A stretch of 32,633 nt of DNA from Bifidobacterium breve (GTDB taxonomy: Bacteria > Actinomycetota > Actinomycetes > S36-B12). Of the stretch, positions 30,038 to 32,633 are shown in pieces. Each line of letters starts with the position of its first letter. The stretch's first letter is position 1. Both the position numbers and the translations under genes were made by a program. The stretch spans positions 1 through 32,633 of the forward strand of contig CAMBQX010000003.1 of the NCBI GenBank assembly GCA_945870085.1, read 5' to 3'. The notes under the pieces are model-generated. The model made no database searches, was not told the DNA's origin, and was given only the letters and a program-made list of their open reading frames with translations.

Positions 30038-30862
30038 TCATGGGATGAGCACGCCCCGAGCCTGGCCTACTGCCACCACGGTGTTGTCGGTTTGCGTGAC
30101 AGGACTCGCAATGGGGAAAGGCCCGAGGCCATCGACGGTGTAGGTCGCTGACCAGCTGGTGGTCAACGATACCTGAAATCTACCGCCGCGCTGGTACCCG
30201 TGAGCCACGGATAGATTCGGATAGAAACCACCTGGCGAGGTGGTATCAAGGTGGCCCCCATCACCGAAATCCCAAGCCCACCGCGGTGTCGGCGAGAGCA
30301 CCACCTGTTGCCCGGCGACCCAGTAGGTGGACGGTGGCACTGACCCCGGCTGGTTTGAACTAAATATCACCGGTAAATACGGCAGCACCCCACGCCCGGG
30401 TTGATAGCTGATGCGACTTGGCGGCATGGTTCGTTCAAAATCGTCCGAGATCGCGACGCCGGCGGCGGCGACGGTCACCGGCCCATCATTAGACACGCAG
30501 ATCAAACCCTTATTTTGCCAGGTCGCTCCGCCATTGAAGGAGAGCCAGGCTCGCAGGAGCTGTTCATCGGCGCCCTCGCAGGCGTGCAAAATAATGATGC
30601 AACCCGGCGCAAATACCCCAGCACAGGGTTCGCGGAGCCGCCACCGGCAATCAATGCACGCTGCTACCTCATGCCGGGTTTCATCGGACACGGTACCCGG
30701 AAGCACCAGCCCCCCGGTGCCCACAAACCGATCTGCACCATCGTCGACCGAAATATCCACGGAAGGTGCACCTGTCGCCGTTGCCAGCCCGAGCCCTGCG
30801 ATCGGGGCGATCAAAACGACAAGCGCGGCCACCAGAACCACCAGGACAATCCTGCTATGCAT
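30038..30862 (-). CDS. secreted Cys-rich protein with C-terminal PKD-like domain
   Basis: Hydrophobic signal peptide, six Cys, WAWDFGDG...HGY...G.F.VSLT. TAACGT-N6-ATG start. Confidence 0.8.
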   Translation of the reverse strand: MHSRIVLVVLVAALVVLIAPIAGLGLATATGAPSVDISVDDGADRFVGTGGLVLPGTVSDETRHEVAACIDCRWRLREPCAGVFAPGCIIILHACEGADEQLLRAWLSFNGGATWQNKGLICVSNDGPVTVAAAGVAISDDFERTMPPSRISYQPGRGVLPYLPVIFSSNQPGSVPPSTYWVAGQQVVLSPTPRWAWDFGDGGHLDTTSPGGFYPNLSVAHGYQRGGRFQVSLTTSWSATYTVDGLGPFPIASPVTQTDNTVVAVGQARGVLIP

Positions 30863-30938
30863 AGTGCCACGTTACGTCCGCTCAGTACCGATGTCACCTA
30901 GTAATTCTTAGCCTGTGGAAAACCGGTTGCTAGGACTC

Positions 30939-31703
30939 TTAGTCTGGGTCCGCGAGCTTGATTCCAGCCTTTAAAAGGCCACTTTCTACGGCGGCATTTA
31001 CTGTCTCAAGCACCTTTACTCGCGCGTAGAGCTTGTTATCGGCTTCCACGACCGTCCAGGGTGCATTGGAAGTATCAGTGCGATCGAGCATCTCGGTGAT
31101 TGCCAGTTCATAGGCTGGTCGCTGCTCGCGGTTGCGCCAATCCTCAGCTGTGAGTTTCCAGCGCTTAAGTGGATCCTTCTCGCGCGATTTAAACCGTTTC
31201 AGCTGTTCATCACTGGAAACATGCATCCAGATCTTTACCAACACCATGCCTTCATCGGTCAAAGTCCGCTCAAAGGACTTGATCTCGTCATATGCACGCC
31301 GCCACTGTTCCTCGGTGGCAAATTCTTCAACGCGCTCAACCAAAACCCGGCCGTACCAACTGCGATCCAAAATGGTCATGCCGCCCCAGCCAGGTAGATG
31401 CGGCCAAAACCGCGACAGGAAGTGGTGCCGCTTCTCATCAAAGGTGGGCGCAGCAATTGAAATCACGCGCACATGACGTGGGTCGATGGGGGCCACTAGG
31501 CGGGCAATCGCACCGCCCTTACCGGATGCATCCCAGCCCTCGAAAACCACGCAGATAGGTGGGCCAAGGGTGCCAGATCCGTCATAGATTCCCCCGACGA
31601 CTAGCCGCAGATAGAGCATCCGGCGCTGCGCTGCTGAAAGCCGGCGCTCACCTTCATCCCTGGCAAGTTTGAGCGAAAGGTCGTAATTATCAAGGATGCC
31701 CAT
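30939..31703 (-). CDS. ppk2: polyphosphate kinase 2 family protein (single domain)
   Basis: FEGWDASGKGG Walker A, DRSWYGRVLVERVE, WK...DW lid. Likely start ATG 31703 (alternative 31718). Confidence 0.92.
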   Translation of the reverse strand: MGILDNYDLSLKLARDEGERRLSAAQRRMLYLRLVVGGIYDGSGTLGPPICVVFEGWDASGKGGAIARLVAPIDPRHVRVISIAAPTFDEKRHHFLSRFWPHLPGWGGMTILDRSWYGRVLVERVEEFATEEQWRRAYDEIKSFERTLTDEGMVLVKIWMHVSSDEQLKRFKSREKDPLKRWKLTAEDWRNREQRPAYELAITEMLDRTDTSNAPWTVVEADNKLYARVKVLETVNAAVESGLLKAGIKLADPD

Positions 31704-31782
31704 CCGCCAATAATGCACTACTGCGACGGCAATAGGTTTCGCCCTCTCCTAGCGCAGGTGAAATCGCGTACTGGTCAAACAA

Positions 31783-32633
31783 CTACCGAAGCGTCCGCGC
31801 GTGCTGAACCGCCTGTTGCACGAAGTATGCGACCTGCTCATCTTCAACCAAAAAACCATCGTGCCCGTGTAGCGAGTGCACCGTATGCAACCCATCAGCG
31901 CCCGGCACCAGATCCACCAGTTGATGCTGCTGGCGATTTGGAAATAGCCGATCAGAATCGATTGCCACGACGGTCAACGGAACACTGACGCGACCCAGCG
32001 CCGCTTCGACACCCCCACGACCTCGGCCAACATCGAACAAACTCATCGCGTTTGTCAAAGTGACGTAGGTATTGGCATCAAAGCGCCGCGCGAGTTTTTC
32101 AGCGTGGTGGTCAAGGTATGAAGTGATCGCAAATGGTGCCAGCGGCTGGCCAACAGTTTGACCGGAGACGTCATGGGGATCGACACTTTGTATTTCGCGG
32201 CCGAAGCGTTCATCTAGCTCATCTGAGCTGCGATAGGTTAAATGCGCGATTCTTCGAGCGATCCCCATCCCAATATGCGGACCTTGGCCCGGTGCGGCGT
32301 CGTAATAATCACCGCCATTAAATCCTGCATCCGCGTAGATAGCCGACAATTGCGTTACGTGGGTGCCAATTTGGTCGGCTGAAACCGCTGCGGTCGTGCC
32401 GAGCACCAGTCCCCCGCGAATCCGGTCCGGGTGTACCACCAGCCACTCGAGTACCCGCATGCCGCCCAAGGATGGGCCAAGCATCAGCGCCCAAGAATCA
32501 ATACCGAGGGCATTGGTAAGTTGCACTTCAACTTTAACCATGTCGCCAACGGTTATTACCGGAAAGCGGCTCCCCCAGGCTCGACCATCCGGTGCCAACG
32601 ACGCTGGCCCGGTAGTGCCCTGGCAGCCGCCCA
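31783..32633 (-). CDS. metX: homoserine O-acetyltransferase (5' end outside the window)
   Basis: GGCQGTTGP, FPVIT, GPSLGG nucleophile elbow, RFDANTY, DSDRLF, GHDGFL. Confidence 0.93.
   Translation of the reverse strand, partial: GGCQGTTGPASLAPDGRAWGSRFPVITVGDMVKVEVQLTNALGIDSWALMLGPSLGGMRVLEWLVVHPDRIRGGLVLGTTAAVSADQIGTHVTQLSAIYADAGFNGGDYYDAAPGQGPHIGMGIARRIAHLTYRSSDELDERFGREIQSVDPHDVSGQTVGQPLAPFAITSYLDHHAEKLARRFDANTYVTLTNAMSLFDVGRGRGGVEAALGRVSVPLTVVAIDSDRLFPNRQQHQLVDLVPGADGLHTVHSLHGHDGFLVEDEQVAYFVQQAVQHARTLR

Noticed and set aside
30914-30922. TGTGGAAAA, a one-mismatch DnaA box
   Set aside because: Single isolated copy, with no cluster or AT-rich unwinding element.

Overview
Actinobacterial chromosome segment of moderately high GC. 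The compact intergenic regions and gene losses suggest a streamlined, possibly freshwater, lineage (inference). It is mostly the conserved core block dxs - acnA - TRAM RNA methyltransferase - kimA/trkA/trkA - DUF3159 - OB-fold - DUF3710 - dut ... suhB - MFS - sepH - tdk - ataC-like phosphodiesterase - DUF5998 - psuG/psuK - parC - ferredoxin - fprA - parE - small Zn-finger - sigA - PKD protein - ppk2 - metX. I found no mobile element, CRISPR, rRNA or tRNA. Points of interest: a probable c-di-AMP hydrolase (AtaC-like) coupled to an uncharacterised Cys/His protein, in the same neighbourhood as c-di-AMP-type K+ uptake genes; a SepH that lacks a canonical start codon and its usual N-terminus; a ferredoxin/reductase pair plus a Zn-finger protein bracketed by the topo IV genes; a perfect TamR-like operator at acnA; SigR/SigH-type promoters on two small Zn-ribbon genes; a structured sigA leader with H1-like repeats; and many apparently leaderless genes. 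Family and DUF names come from motif recognition and remembered synteny, not from database searches.
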